64,000 bases of DNA, taken from Cyanobacteriota bacterium. GTDB lineage: Bacteria; Cyanobacteriota; Cyanobacteriia; Thermostichales; Thermostichaceae. Positions 9,257-20,276 of the stretch are shown in pieces. Below the pieces are notes generated by a model. The model did not search any database and was not told the DNA's origin. It saw only the letters and a list, made by a program, of their open reading frames with translations. The stretch spans positions 24,486 to 88,485 of the forward strand of contig JANRIL010000046.1 of NCBI GenBank assembly GCA_033764955.1, written 5' to 3'. The translations under genes were made by a program, and so were the position numbers. Positions within the stretch are counted from its first letter, which is position 1; each line of letters begins with the position of its first letter.

Positions 9257-9434
9257 CTAGTGAACCTTAGGAAAGGGGATCCCTATCCAGTATCCAGTAA
9301 GTATCCAGCCAGTATCCAAAATTGACGGTCGAGAGTGTTGGGTGTTGAAGGAGCAGGGCATGGTTGAGAAGGAATAGCATAGAGCTAGCAGCGCTTTTGC
9401 CTCACCCCCTCTTTACCACAAGGCTACTACCACT

Positions 9435-9998
9435 ATGGCTTGCATCACCAGACCGACACTAGGGATCCCGACGGGAGCAATGGCTTTGATCCTCACTGTG
9501 GGATTGTGGGGCTGCACTCCGGCAGGATTTCGCAACCCGCGTCCCACCCTCAGCAACGATGGGCTAAATAGTATCTATCCCGATCAAGAGCCTGCCTATA
9601 GCGCGGATGGCCGCTATTTGGTGTTTTCCTCAGCCCGCAATGGTAGTCAGGCGATTTTTCTCTACGACACACAGGCGGACAAGTTGCTGGATCTGCCCAA
9701 TCTCAACTCTAATGATGTGGCCTCCTATTCCCCCGATATCAGTGCCAATGGACGCTATATCGTCTTTGTCTCCAACGCCCTCGGCAAGTCCGAGATCTAT
9801 CTCTACGACCGTGATACCACCAATGTACAAAATATCAGCAACCGCATTCCGGGTGATGTGAGAAACCCTACCATCAGTGGCGATGGGCGCTATATTGCCT
9901 TTGAAAGCAACGGGTTGGGTCAGTGGCATATTGAAATTTTTGACCGAGGTGCTAATGCAGTAGCCCCCACTCCTTCTACCCCTAGCCCACAGCCCTAG
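9435..9998 (+). CDS. TolB-like PD40-repeat lipoprotein
   Basis: Lipobox LWGC; repeated P..S.DGRYI.F.S motifs. Confidence 0.8.
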   Translation: MACITRPTLGIPTGAMALILTVGLWGCTPAGFRNPRPTLSNDGLNSIYPDQEPAYSADGRYLVFSSARNGSQAIFLYDTQADKLLDLPNLNSNDVASYSPDISANGRYIVFVSNALGKSEIYLYDRDTTNVQNISNRIPGDVRNPTISGDGRYIAFESNGLGQWHIEIFDRGANAVAPTPSTPSPQP

Positions 9999-9999
9999 G

Positions 10000-10203
10000 T
10001 TATTTTTGGTCGGCACGGGCGGCATTCACCGCAACCTTAAAGAACCAAATGGTCAAGGGAGCGGTCAGCAATAAAATTCCCGTAGTCAGAGCAACCCCAT
10101 AATCCGGGGATCCTGATGTCAACTCAAACACAGATCCCACCGCCGCAATCGCAGATAGGCAGGATCCGGCCAGAAATAGATTACTTTTTAGGTTGGTATT
10201 CAT
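10000..10203 (-). CDS. Small cyanobacterial membrane protein
   Basis: 67 aa with two TM segments; AIAAVGSVFEL.SG.P..G motif. Confidence 0.65.
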   Translation of the reverse strand: MNTNLKSNLFLAGSCLSAIAAVGSVFELTSGSPDYGVALTTGILLLTAPLTIWFFKVAVNAARADQK

Positions 10204-10269
10204 GATAGAGAGAAGATAGGGGCAAGGGGCTAAGGCTGACCATCCGCAACCCTCATAGCCCTTATAGAT

Positions 10270-10310
10270 AAAGGAAAGGGATCCCGCTTGCTCATTCGCT
10301 CAGGATCCCT
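10270..10310 (-). terminator. Putative intrinsic terminator downstream of petE
   Basis: AGGGATCC-N18-GGATCCCT stem followed by TTCCTTTAT on the minus strand. Confidence 0.4.
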
Positions 10311-10352
10311 GCTCGGCCATCGCTCGTTGATGGATGAAGCGTCAACGGGGAA

Positions 10353-10763
10353 CTAGCCACTGACAATAATTTTGCCCACCATACCCGCGCCACGATGGGG
10401 GGTGCAGAAATAGGAATATTCGCCGGCGGGTACATCCACGAAAGCGGATTCAACCGTTTGTTTGGGGGCAGTCAAGAGGCTCTTGTGGGAAAGCTTGGCG
10501 GCGAGAGCAGCATCGTCTCCAGGCACTTTGTCAAAAACAATGTTGTGGGGATAAACCTTGTTGTTGACCCACTGCACCGTATCCCCCGCTTTGATGGAAA
10601 CCGTAGCCGGCTCAAATACCAACTGGGATTTATCGGATCCCATTTTGACTTGCACAGTTTCAGCCGCTGCCGGATAAGAGACAACAGCGAATAGACCAAC
10701 TACTAACAGGAGTCCGAGCAGCAGCCCTTGCAGACGTTGGGCAACGGAAGACAGGTAGTTCAT
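10353..10763 (-). CDS. petE: Plastocyanin
   Basis: Signal peptide; PHNIVF and YFCTPHRGAGMVG copper ligands. Confidence 0.97.
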   Translation of the reverse strand: MNYLSSVAQRLQGLLLGLLLVVGLFAVVSYPAAAETVQVKMGSDKSQLVFEPATVSIKAGDTVQWVNNKVYPHNIVFDKVPGDDAALAAKLSHKSLLTAPKQTVESAFVDVPAGEYSYFCTPHRGAGMVGKIIVSG

Positions 10764-10953
10764 GGATTCCTCTCAAGATCGTAGAGACAATAATGACAAC
10801 CGAGTAATGCCCATCCAGAAGTGGCAGGTTAGAAAGTGGCCGATCAAACGGATCGGTGAAAAAATATCTGCCATCATCAGCTAGGCATCACTATAAGCTT
10901 CACAGCAGTAACATTTTCTAGATTATACCGCCAAAGGTTCCGTTCCCTGTCGA

Positions 10954-11901
10954 TTAACTAAGGGCAGCCGCCAAGATCTGATAGGTTAGTTTCGCCACAC
11001 TAAAGGCACTGCGCCGATCCGTTTCTCGCTCTCCGGTCACGGCTAGCTCCACCACATCTGCTCCCACGATCTGCCGTTGGGATCCGAGGGCACGGATTAG
11101 CTCTATGGTGTCCCACCAACTCAAACCTCCTGGTTCGGGTGTGCCGGTGGCGGGAACCACTGAGGGATCTAAGCCATCGACATCCACCGTTAAATAGACC
11201 CGCGGCCCTAACGTTGCGATCACCTGCGGGATCCACTCCTGGGCAGGCTTGCTCTGCAAACTATGGGCAAAAAAGGTGTGCAAGCGGCGCTCCCGAATGG
11301 CCTGCCGATCTTCGGCACAAATGGAGCGGATCCCTACTTGGGTGAGGCGATTATCTATGACATCCACAATCCGCGCCATTGCCGACGCATGGGAGAGAGG
11401 GGATCCCTCGTAGGCGTTCCGCAGGTCACAGTGAGCATCAATCTGCAAGACACAAAGATCGGGGTAGTGCTCCAGATGGGCTTGGACTAAGGGAGGGGTA
11501 ACAGAGTGTTCTCCCCCAATTGAGCACAAAAAGCGCCCTGGTTTGACCAGCTCTGCCGCCCGCCGATAAATCTCTTGCATAGCTGGCTCAAAGGCTGCCG
11601 TAAACTCTACCGGCGGAGCCGTCCAGTAGCGCGAGATCACGTCAGCATCTTCTTCTGTTTCTAAGGAACTGCCAGAGGCGACGGCTGGTTCACGATCCCG
11701 CACCTCGTCATAAAGCTCCACATAGGCAGAGGCTTCTAAAAGAGCCTGGGGGGCTTGGGCGGTTCCTTTGCCATAGGAGGTGGTGGCCTCATAGGGGACG
11801 GGCAAGATTATTGCCTGCGCCGTCGCCAAATCGGTTTCGGTCAGTCCTAAAAATGGGGTGGGAGATGGGGAAGACGACGACACAGCTAAGCCAAAACGCA
11901 C
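10954..11901 (-). CDS. speB: Agmatinase (ureohydrolase)
   Basis: GGEHS, DAHCD and DVDGLDPS..PATGTPEPGG motifs; start uncertain. Confidence 0.9.
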   Translation of the reverse strand: MRFGLAVSSSSPSPTPFLGLTETDLATAQAIILPVPYEATTSYGKGTAQAPQALLEASAYVELYDEVRDREPAVASGSSLETEEDADVISRYWTAPPVEFTAAFEPAMQEIYRRAAELVKPGRFLCSIGGEHSVTPPLVQAHLEHYPDLCVLQIDAHCDLRNAYEGSPLSHASAMARIVDVIDNRLTQVGIRSICAEDRQAIRERRLHTFFAHSLQSKPAQEWIPQVIATLGPRVYLTVDVDGLDPSVVPATGTPEPGGLSWWDTIELIRALGSQRQIVGADVVELAVTGERETDRRSAFSVAKLTYQILAAALS

Positions 11902-11962
11902 AACTTTTCTATCTTAACACTTCCCTCCAAAAGCCTCTACAGAGAGGGGATAGTGCCCCTGG

Positions 11963-12915
11963 AGTAATGATACTATTGCCTTAGGTTTTCTATTTCTTAT
12001 TTGCGCTATGTTTACCTGCCCAAACTGTCATTCTTCTCAGCTGGCTAAGCACGGCAAAACCCATAACAAAGAAACAACGATTTAAATGCCATGATTGTCA
12101 TAGGCAGTTTACTCCTGATTCCTCTCAGAAAGTCATTTCAGATGCAGATAGATTTAGATGCAGATGGCTCTTTAGTAAATAAACTCTTGCCAGAACGAAT
12201 TTCTATCGCCGCCATATCCCGGATAAACGACATTTCAGAATCATGACTACAAAACTATATTAATTATAAGCCTGCTTATATATCTCAAATTATGGAGGTT
12301 TATCTCAACCCTACGGCAGGCTGATGCCAAAAAAAAGGCACGTTGTTCGCATTAGCATCTTTTCCTGTAATGCGATGTTTGCGTAGCCATTATTATGACT
12401 GTTTGTGGGATCCAAAGACAACCACCAATGGCTCTGGATGGTCATAGAGAAAGAGACTCGACTTGTCCTAGCCGTTTATATCGGATCCAGAACTAGAGAC
12501 AGTGCAAAAAATTTACGGAAGAGACTGCCAAAAGCTTAGGAAAACAAGCAAGTTCTATCCTATAATTGATTTACTTAACGATGAAAACAGAAAAACTCAA
12601 CAATGTTTTTCAAGTATGAATTTCACCAGGCTTGGCTGTCTCATTCTTATCTAAATCAACCATGAATTCTGAAAAGTTTATCAAAAAGTTGTTCGTGAAA
12701 ATAAGCATGAAGCTGTTGGTAGAGAAACAGGGAAAACCTTTTTGATTGTTCGCGTAGCTTGGCGTAGCCATAACGATTAAATAACACCCTTAGACAGCGG
12801 ATCGGAAGGCTAGTCAGAAAAACTCTCTCCTCCTCCCAGAAACTGGAGAACCTTATTGGGATGATCTTCAACTTTTTGCATCACTACCATGCAACATGAC
12901 TTACATATGACTACT
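11963..12915 (+). mobile_element. Degenerate IS1-family element (frameshifted insA/insB pseudogene)
   Basis: ATG at 12008 reads MFTCPNCHSSQLAKHGK, then after a frameshift QRFKCHDCHRQF (InsA Zn ribbon). Later fragments FVGSK..QWLW and RLNNTLRQRIGRLVRKTLS. AT-rich with many stops; ends approximate. Confidence 0.8.
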
Positions 12916-12938
12916 GGATTCTTGATGCTACCGATCCC

Positions 12939-14546
12939 TTAGTCGGAGCGACATCCCAAGGTGGTGATGTAGAGGGCTGCTTCGGTCAAGGGGATCCCTA
13001 ACACCTCATTAACCTGGTCATCAAAAAATCCAGCGATGCCACTCACCCCCAATCCCAAGCGAGTTGCCGCCACATTCAGCCGTTGCCCCAAATGCCCAGC
13101 ATCCATATGTAAGTAGCGATAGGCGCGCTCTCCATAACGACTGACTGCTTGCCGCAAATCAGCAGTATGCACAACCACGGCTCCGGCATCGCGACCCAGA
13201 TCTTGCCCCAAACAGAGATAGCACACCTCCTCGCGGAAATTTTTGAACCGGATCTGCCGCAATTCTTGGGGGTGAGGCGCATAATAATAACAGCCTACTT
13301 CCAAACCTTTGACGCCATTCACTACGATAAAAGTTTCGATCATCGACAGATCAAAATAATCTGGCTGGGGATCCAATCCCTGAGCTTCATAATGTTCGGG
13401 ATGGTAGGTAAAATCTAGTAGCGCCAACAAATCTCCCATCTCAATATCTGCACCCGTAAACTGACGGGTCGAGCGCCGAGTCAATAAACTTTGCACCAGA
13501 TATTGCAGATGCTCTCCCCAATGAATTGGCTCGGTAGCCGTACTCAATTTCAAACAAAAGGGAAAGTTATATTTGTCTCCGGCATTGGGTAGGGGTTCTG
13601 TGGCTAGAGAAATCTCAGTTTGAGGGGTGAGTTGACTGGCTTGATGCAAAAAACTCAACCATTGCCCAGTGCTTAAATCAGGTATCTGGCGGACAATTGG
13701 AGAGGGCAAAGCGGTCACAGCGGTGGGAATTTCGACCACAGCGGATGGAGAATCAAGAGGATAGGGATCCCGCCACAGATCCAGGAGGGGCAAAACGGTC
13801 ATCACCCCTTCCGTTTGTTCATCTAAAAAGAGTAGGGAATCAAGCTGATGGTCATAAAATCCTCCCACCTGAGCCGCCCGATAACCTGTTAAATTAGCTG
13901 CCAATTCAATATTGCCTAATAGGTGTCCGGTATCTAAACAAATGCGTCGATAGGCTCGATCTTCATAACGCCATTCTGACCGAAAGAAGACGGCTGTTGT
14001 AATCACCACCAGAGAAGTTTCTTGAAAAAGCTCCGTTTGAAAGCAACCACCTTGGAGAAGCTCCCAGCGACTGTCATCCCAAAAGCGAATTAAGCTATGG
14101 CTACGTACCTGATAGTTATACAGCCCCGCCGAGATGCCCGCCGACCCTCGACTGACCACATACACTTCGGCAGGATACAATCCCCCAGCAGAGGGGGCAG
14201 ACCGCATATAAAAGGGGCGGGCAAAATTGGGAACAATTAGAGTCACCCCATAACTAAAAAACAGAAATTGGGAAAGCCGCTGCCGTTGCCAAAGAGCCAT
14301 TTCCGACAACGGTTCCTCGGCGGGTGTGGGGATGTCCTTCAGGGGGGAGAGCGAAGCTTCTGGGCTAGAGAGCTTTTGCAGATAGGGCTTGAGGGGAAGG
14401 ATGGTTCCTACTCCACTGGGATAGTCCTTGTAGGGATGGGGTTGCTGCTCCCAGTCTAATTGGCGGGTCTGGCGAGCTAGCCCTTCCGGTGAATACTTGG
14501 TGAATTCGTGATATCGCTGGCTAGCGGACAGGGGAGGCTGAGACAT
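12939..14546 (-). CDS. SagB/ThcOx-family nitroreductase-like dehydrogenase (two domains)
   Basis: RSAPSAGGLYP, RRSTR and YRYLHMDAGHLGQ motifs. Confidence 0.88.
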   Translation of the reverse strand: MSQPPLSASQRYHEFTKYSPEGLARQTRQLDWEQQPHPYKDYPSGVGTILPLKPYLQKLSSPEASLSPLKDIPTPAEEPLSEMALWQRQRLSQFLFFSYGVTLIVPNFARPFYMRSAPSAGGLYPAEVYVVSRGSAGISAGLYNYQVRSHSLIRFWDDSRWELLQGGCFQTELFQETSLVVITTAVFFRSEWRYEDRAYRRICLDTGHLLGNIELAANLTGYRAAQVGGFYDHQLDSLLFLDEQTEGVMTVLPLLDLWRDPYPLDSPSAVVEIPTAVTALPSPIVRQIPDLSTGQWLSFLHQASQLTPQTEISLATEPLPNAGDKYNFPFCLKLSTATEPIHWGEHLQYLVQSLLTRRSTRQFTGADIEMGDLLALLDFTYHPEHYEAQGLDPQPDYFDLSMIETFIVVNGVKGLEVGCYYYAPHPQELRQIRFKNFREEVCYLCLGQDLGRDAGAVVVHTADLRQAVSRYGERAYRYLHMDAGHLGQRLNVAATRLGLGVSGIAGFFDDQVNEVLGIPLTEAALYITTLGCRSD

Positions 14547-14792
14547 GGTGGCATGATCCGCAAAAGGCTAGATCCTGAAGATGTCACCAGTTTACAGGCC
14601 GGATTGTCCAGAAATAGGGTTCTGACTCACTGGAATAGCAACGGATCTCAATCCCTCCTATCAATCGGGTCAGGATCTTAACCTACCCCTCACCTCTGCC
14701 GACTATAGTGACCAGGTAGTGATCTGAAAATAGTGACCTGAGCAGCGACCCAAGCAGGGGTCTGAGAACCTTCCGCCAGGAGTTAGTTGTCT

Positions 14793-15587
14793 ATGCTGAT
14801 TCATCTGATCGCCGACTATGGCACTGGGGATCCGGCTTTTGCCGAGGTCAGTCAGCAATTGTTGCTGGGGTTCCCCACCGCCCAGATTTTTCCCCTCTCC
14901 GTGCCCCCCTTTAGCACTCTGGCTACCGGATTTTGGATTGCTCAATTGGGTTTGAACAGGGCGGTCGCTGACCGTTTCATCTATCACAACTGCGCCCCCC
15001 GCCAGGATGATTTGCAGGCTCGCGCCAACAACGAGGGAGAAGGATTAACCTACGCTGTCTTACCGAGCGGGGTCAAAGTGGTGGGGGTTAACGCCGGATA
15101 TACCCTCTCCTTTCTCAAGGATCAGGGGATCCCTTTTCACCCGGTCAATGTCTCCCGCGGGGGATCCCAGTTTCGCTCCCGTGATGTGTTTCCGGCTGCC
15201 GCCACTGCCCTCTTTCAGTCGGATCTATCCCAGCAAGATTGGCTGGGATCCCCACTGGATTGGGAAACCATTCCTGACGCCCCTTTCGATCGCGTCGTTT
15301 GGGTGGATGGCTATGGCAACATCAAAACCAGTATCCCCGCCAGCAGCTTCCAAATTGTGCCGGAAACGAAAGTGGTGATTCGGGTGGGAGATGTGGTGAG
15401 TGATGCTATCTACTCGGATGGGAGTTTTCGAGTTCCCCAGGGCACGTTGGCTTTTGCCCCCGGTAGTTCTGGCTGGATAACCCCCCAGGGATCCCGACGT
15501 TGGATGGAGCTGTTTTTGCGAGGGGGTAGTGCCTGGGAGCGATTTGGTCGCCCGCGTGTTGGTCAACAGGTGACGCTTTTATCCTGA
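14793..15587 (+). CDS. SAM hydroxide adenosyltransferase / DUF62-like protein
   Basis: IADYGTGD, FRSRDVF and VDGYGNIKT motifs. Confidence 0.75.
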   Translation: MLIHLIADYGTGDPAFAEVSQQLLLGFPTAQIFPLSVPPFSTLATGFWIAQLGLNRAVADRFIYHNCAPRQDDLQARANNEGEGLTYAVLPSGVKVVGVNAGYTLSFLKDQGIPFHPVNVSRGGSQFRSRDVFPAAATALFQSDLSQQDWLGSPLDWETIPDAPFDRVVWVDGYGNIKTSIPASSFQIVPETKVVIRVGDVVSDAIYSDGSFRVPQGTLAFAPGSSGWITPQGSRRWMELFLRGGSAWERFGRPRVGQQVTLLS

Positions 15588-15800
15588 TGGATCCCTGCCC
15601 AGATTCCTGGCGTTGTTTCCGTGAGTTTGACTACTGAGAGCCACTAGTCAGGATCTTCTCGTGCCCGCTGAGAATTTTGCCTACCACAAGACAGAACCTG
15701 GAAAAAGAATGCAGCAGAAGATCCACGTCTAGACTCCGAAGAGGTTAGCGTTGGATGAATGGGAGTGAGTTGACGATTGGGTCAATGGGTAAGTCCTAAC

Positions 15801-16172
15801 CTATTCTTCCCGCCTCATTAATTTCTTATAAAAAGACGTATTAAAGTCAGGAGGTAGTTCTCGCTGTACTAAGCTAACCACCTCAATCAAATACTCAACA
15901 AAGTCATAGTTAGAAATCGACAGTTCGTAGGTTAATTCAGGATTTTGTTCGAATTGAACTTGACAAGCGGTGAGATCTGAGGGGAGGGGAGAACGAAACC
16001 AACTAGCTAAGAAGGAAACGGGCGCATCTCCTTCAATTATACGCTGTCCTTCAAAGCTGCCTCGTTTATACAGCCCCACCGCTAGGGGTAAAAAAGGCCG
16101 GCGAGCCACCGGATAATAGGGCTGATAGACGGAGACTTCTCCAGGAGAGGCAGGTTCCAGGGTCAGGGCCAT
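15801..16172 (-). CDS. ebsA: Type IV pilus biogenesis protein EbsA
   Basis: YQPYY, G.R.IEG, LPSDLT.C..QF and DF...FYKKL motifs. Confidence 0.8.
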   Translation of the reverse strand: MALTLEPASPGEVSVYQPYYPVARRPFLPLAVGLYKRGSFEGQRIIEGDAPVSFLASWFRSPLPSDLTACQVQFEQNPELTYELSISNYDFVEYLIEVVSLVQRELPPDFNTSFYKKLMRREE

Positions 16173-16306
16173 ACAGAAATCTCAGGTGGATGACTACCCT
16201 TTAGTTCTATCCTGCTTCCTATCAAGATTGCTACTCCTCTCCTGGGCTGATATCGGATTCTCTCCAGAGCATTCCTTAAGATCTGGGTTAGCCAGCCACC
16301 AGAAAA

Positions 16307-16897
16307 TCAGTCCAGTGATTCTAGAGGCTGCAAAGCCAAAGCCACTTCCATCTGATTCAACTCATCACGATGTGCAGATATGCTTAGCTGTACCCTTGGT
16401 TGAGTCAATGGCGTTGATGCCTCTGTCAACCGTAGCCGCACCTGCTCCACCCGCTGACTGCGCCGAACATAATACCATCCCGCCAACGGAGAGGCGGCGG
16501 TCGCTAGCCAAGGCCAACCCTGCGAATCGGGATGGATGGTTACTACCACCAAACTTAAACAAACCAAACCTGCTAGGGCTAGCCCACTCAAAAACAGAGC
16601 CAAAAACGGGCTAGCCGTAGCTTGACCACCAAAGGTTGCTATCCCCCGCTCATCGGATCCCAGCAGGCGATAGGCACGTTCCTGTAAATAGGTACGCAGT
16701 TGCTGTCCTGCCTCCTCTAGGGAGGATGGGATCCCGTAGAGGCGAGTTTCCGTACGGTCTTTGGCAGAAGCTCGCAAAAAGAAAAATAACCCCACTCCCA
16801 AAAGGATGGTCATGATTAGGGTCGAATTAACTACCCAGAGACTCGGAGACGTCACTTCCGCACTGGCCATCAAAATATTTCTGTCTATCTCTTTCAT
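16307..16897 (-). CDS. ccb1: Cofactor assembly of complex C subunit B (Ccb1-like)
   Basis: GLFFFLRASAKDRT and AHRDEL motifs; three TM segments. Confidence 0.75.
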   Translation of the reverse strand: MKEIDRNILMASAEVTSPSLWVVNSTLIMTILLGVGLFFFLRASAKDRTETRLYGIPSSLEEAGQQLRTYLQERAYRLLGSDERGIATFGGQATASPFLALFLSGLALAGLVCLSLVVVTIHPDSQGWPWLATAASPLAGWYYVRRSQRVEQVRLRLTEASTPLTQPRVQLSISAHRDELNQMEVALALQPLESLD

Positions 16898-17356
16898 CTG
16901 TTTTGATACATAATGTAGTCGATTTTACTGTTTTTTCAAGTCTTGCCAGCCGGAATGGATGAATTGGTTAAGAATTTCCTTATATTTGGAACGGGTCAGC
17001 TAGCCTCAAAAAATGAGAGCAAGATTAATTATGGATTCTCCCCTCTGGCTGTTGTTTCTAGCAGTAGCATTGGCGTTATCGATGGTTGGGCTTTACGCAA
17101 AATCTCATGCGTAGGGATTGAAATTCGTGACTATAATTAAGTTATGCTAACAAACTAACGTTTTGCTGGGTCACTTTCTTTGCGGTTTCATGCGCTTTGC
17201 ATGGGGTGATCGCCCCACCCATCGATCACCATTTTCAACGGGCAAGACCTGTCCTGTCAGACGTTAGTCTAAGATACCAAAGTTTTTGGGAACACTAGCT
17301 TTGGTGAGCTATCTCCGTTTTAAGCTGTTCCTTAATGCTAGGCAGCACCTACCGAT

Positions 17357-18463
17357 ATGACTGATACCCCTTACATGTCTACTTACGAGCCTGATGTTAC
17401 CGATGTCCTGGCTATGGGTGAGCCGGATCCCATTGGCTTAGAGCTGGATCCTGCCGATGCTGAGTTTGTGGAGGGAGATACCACTCGCCGCTCTACCGAT
17501 TTGGTGCGCCTTTACTTGCAAGAAATTGGGCGCGTGCCATTGCTGGGGCGTGACGAGGAAGTTGCCCTGGCGCAAAAGGTGCAGGACTATATGAAGTTGT
17601 TAGAGGTTCGCTACCGTTTGCAGGAAGAGTTGGGTCGGGATCCGAGCATGGCGGAGTGGGTAGCTAAAGCTAACCTACTGCCCGAATGGTCGAGCCTAGT
17701 GCCCGAAAAGTTGCAGTTGGTGCAACGGATTGGCAATCGCTCCAAGGAGCACATGATCAAGGCCAACCTGCGCTTGGTGGTTTCTGTAGCCAAGAAATAT
17801 CAAAATCGTGGTCTAGAGCTGCTGGATTTGATCCAGGAAGGAACCCTAGGGTTGGAGCGAGCCGTAGAAAAATTTGATCCCAAGAAGGGCTATCGCTTTA
17901 GCACCTATGCCTATTGGTGGATTCGCCAAGGTATTACACGGGCGATTGCCACCCAAAGCCGCACCATCCGCCTACCTGTTCACATCACAGAAAAACTGAA
18001 CAAAATCAAAAAAGCGCAGCGCAAAATCTCCCAGGAAAAGGGGCGTACCCCGACGATTGAGGATATTGCGGCTGAGCTAGAGATGACGCCGCCGCAGGTG
18101 CGGGAGTTGTTGGTACGGGTGCCCCGTTCGGTTTCTCTAGAAACCAAGGTGGGCAAAGACAAAGATACGGAGTTAGGCGATCTCCTGGAAACCGACGATA
18201 TCTCACCGGAAGAAACTATGATGCGGGAGGCTCTGCATCGGGATCTGCAACAGTTGCTTGCGGATCTCACCTCGCGGGAACGGGATGTGATTCGGATGCG
18301 CTTTGGGTTGGGGGATGGCCGCACCTACTCCCTCGCCGAAATTGGTCGAGCCTTAGATCTCTCGCGGGAACGGGTTCGCCAAATTGAGGCCAAAGCTTTG
18401 CAAAAATTACGTCAGCCAAAACGGCGCAATCGTGTGCGTGACTATTTGGAAGCGATGGGTTAA
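17357..18463 (+). CDS. sigC: Group 2 RNA polymerase sigma factor SigC
   Basis: RRSTDLVRLYLQEIGRVPLLGRDEEV, region 2 NLRLVVSVAKKYQNRGLE, region 4 SRERVRQIE. Confidence 0.88.
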   Translation: MTDTPYMSTYEPDVTDVLAMGEPDPIGLELDPADAEFVEGDTTRRSTDLVRLYLQEIGRVPLLGRDEEVALAQKVQDYMKLLEVRYRLQEELGRDPSMAEWVAKANLLPEWSSLVPEKLQLVQRIGNRSKEHMIKANLRLVVSVAKKYQNRGLELLDLIQEGTLGLERAVEKFDPKKGYRFSTYAYWWIRQGITRAIATQSRTIRLPVHITEKLNKIKKAQRKISQEKGRTPTIEDIAAELEMTPPQVRELLVRVPRSVSLETKVGKDKDTELGDLLETDDISPEETMMREALHRDLQQLLADLTSRERDVIRMRFGLGDGRTYSLAEIGRALDLSRERVRQIEAKALQKLRQPKRRNRVRDYLEAMG

Positions 18464-18618
18464 TCGGGAGCGGTGTTCGCTTCTTTCTTCTAAACTGGCA
18501 GTGGGTCGCTTGGCAACAGGCGACTTTTTTCACTAGGATTCGTCTCTGGGGTGAGCTTATGAAAGGAATCAGAATAGGGATCCCTTGATCTCTCGACAAT
18601 GGCTCTCTGACAAGGGGA

Positions 18619-19677
18619 TCATTTGTTTTTTTCCAATTTGGGGCTGGAATATTCCTGTTGCAGACGGCGCAGTTTTCGTAGGGCACGCCGTTCGATCTGT
18701 CTGACCCGTTCGCGGGAAAGACCAATATGTTCGCCAATCTCCCGCAGAGTCAACCCAGAAGAGCCATCTAAGCCATAACGGGCAATAATCACCTGTTGCT
18801 CCCGTTCACTGAGTTGTTGCACCAGAGTACGTACTTCCTCGCAATGGGCAATTCGATTGAGATGCTCTACCGGATCGTTATCTTCATCCTGAATGAAGTG
18901 CTGTAATTCGGTGCCATCTTCGTCCCCCACTCCCATGTTGAGGGAGCGCATATCCGACATGTGACGGGTAATCAGATCGCGGTAATTATCGCCAATTTCA
19001 AGGGACTCGAAGACCTCCGCTGCCTGAGGACGGGATCCCTTTTCGGCAGAAATCTCACGGTAGCGGCGTTTGACCTGAGAAACCTTTTCATACATGTGGG
19101 CAGGCAGGCGAATCATGCGACCTTTATTTTGGATGCCACGATTGACGCTTTGCCGGATCCACCAGGTGGCATAGGTAGAAAACTTGTAGCCCCGCGTCGG
19201 ATCAAATTTCTCGACCGCACGGGTTAGCCCAATTGTGCCCTCCTGAATCAGGTCGAGGAACGGCAACCCACGATTGCGGTAACGCTTGGCGATAGAGACG
19301 ACCAACCGCAGGTTACATTCCACCATCCGCCTTTTGGCCGCTTCACCCGATTGCAGAGCAGCTTGGAGTTCGGTGACAGATAAACGGAGTCGTTCCGCCC
19401 ATTCCCCCAAGGAGTCTCGCTTTTTGCGTTGCTCCTGCATGGCCATCATTTGCTGCACCTGATGAGCTAGCCGCAGTTCCTCCTCTGGACTGAGCAATGA
19501 ATAACGCCCGATTGCCTTGAGAAAGCGACCAACCGCATCTTGCGGATCAAGCTTGTCAGACATAAGGGATCTCCAGGCAGAATCAAGCGCGTTTGTTAGC
19601 ACTTTATTCATACCAATACCCATAGCTTTTCGTAAAGGCTTATTCCAAAAAAAATCTTTATTCGGATTTACCCGCAA
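18619..19677 (-). CDS. Divergent RpoD/SigA-family (group 2-like) sigma factor
   Basis: [29 protein letters not shown] and SRERVRQIE motifs. Real start probably ATG 19563. Confidence 0.88.
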   Translation of the reverse strand: MRVNPNKDFFWNKPLRKAMGIGMNKVLTNALDSAWRSLMSDKLDPQDAVGRFLKAIGRYSLLSPEEELRLAHQVQQMMAMQEQRKKRDSLGEWAERLRLSVTELQAALQSGEAAKRRMVECNLRLVVSIAKRYRNRGLPFLDLIQEGTIGLTRAVEKFDPTRGYKFSTYATWWIRQSVNRGIQNKGRMIRLPAHMYEKVSQVKRRYREISAEKGSRPQAAEVFESLEIGDNYRDLITRHMSDMRSLNMGVGDEDGTELQHFIQDEDNDPVEHLNRIAHCEEVRTLVQQLSEREQQVIIARYGLDGSSGLTLREIGEHIGLSRERVRQIERRALRKLRRLQQEYSSPKLEKNK

Positions 19678-20276
19678 CCAAAGAGTGAGTTGAGGAGCCT
19701 GTTACCTGTAGTGTGTTTTTGGTAAAAAACTTCTAAACCACACTACCTGTAACATTCTGTAAGATCGCTTCGGATAGATCGTCCGGATATAAACCTAAGA
19801 TTTTGATCTATCTTTTATTTGAGATTATATCAAATATTTCATATTTTATATTCTAAAAAAATTAAATTATAATATCCATTTCTTTCTTTATGTATTAGTA
19901 ATTGGATTAAAAATTCAATTTTTTATGGCTTGGTGTTTATATCTTATAAAAAATATGATGGCAGATTTTATGACAAGATTTTGTGGATCAGGATCACTGT
20001 TTTCTAATTCTTGAATATAAGTCAAATCCTTTCTGGGAAGGCATTTGAAGCTAAGAAGGTGAGTTTTCCCCTGGATCTAGTCCATGAGAAGACGGGTTAC
20101 ATAGCTAATTAACAAAACTCATTTAGAAAAACTAGGAATCCCTATCCCTCCTGCCTTGGTGCAAGCTAGCTTCTCTTAACAGTTACCCGCTAAGTGTAGT
20201 GGATGTCAAGAAAATAGCGCGCTACTAATAGCGTGAGATTCGGTATGGCCTGGGTGATTAGGGATCCCTTGCTTCC

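Noticed and set aside
12656..12871. 71-aa minus-strand ORF
   Set aside because: Antisense shadow of the decayed IS1 insB.
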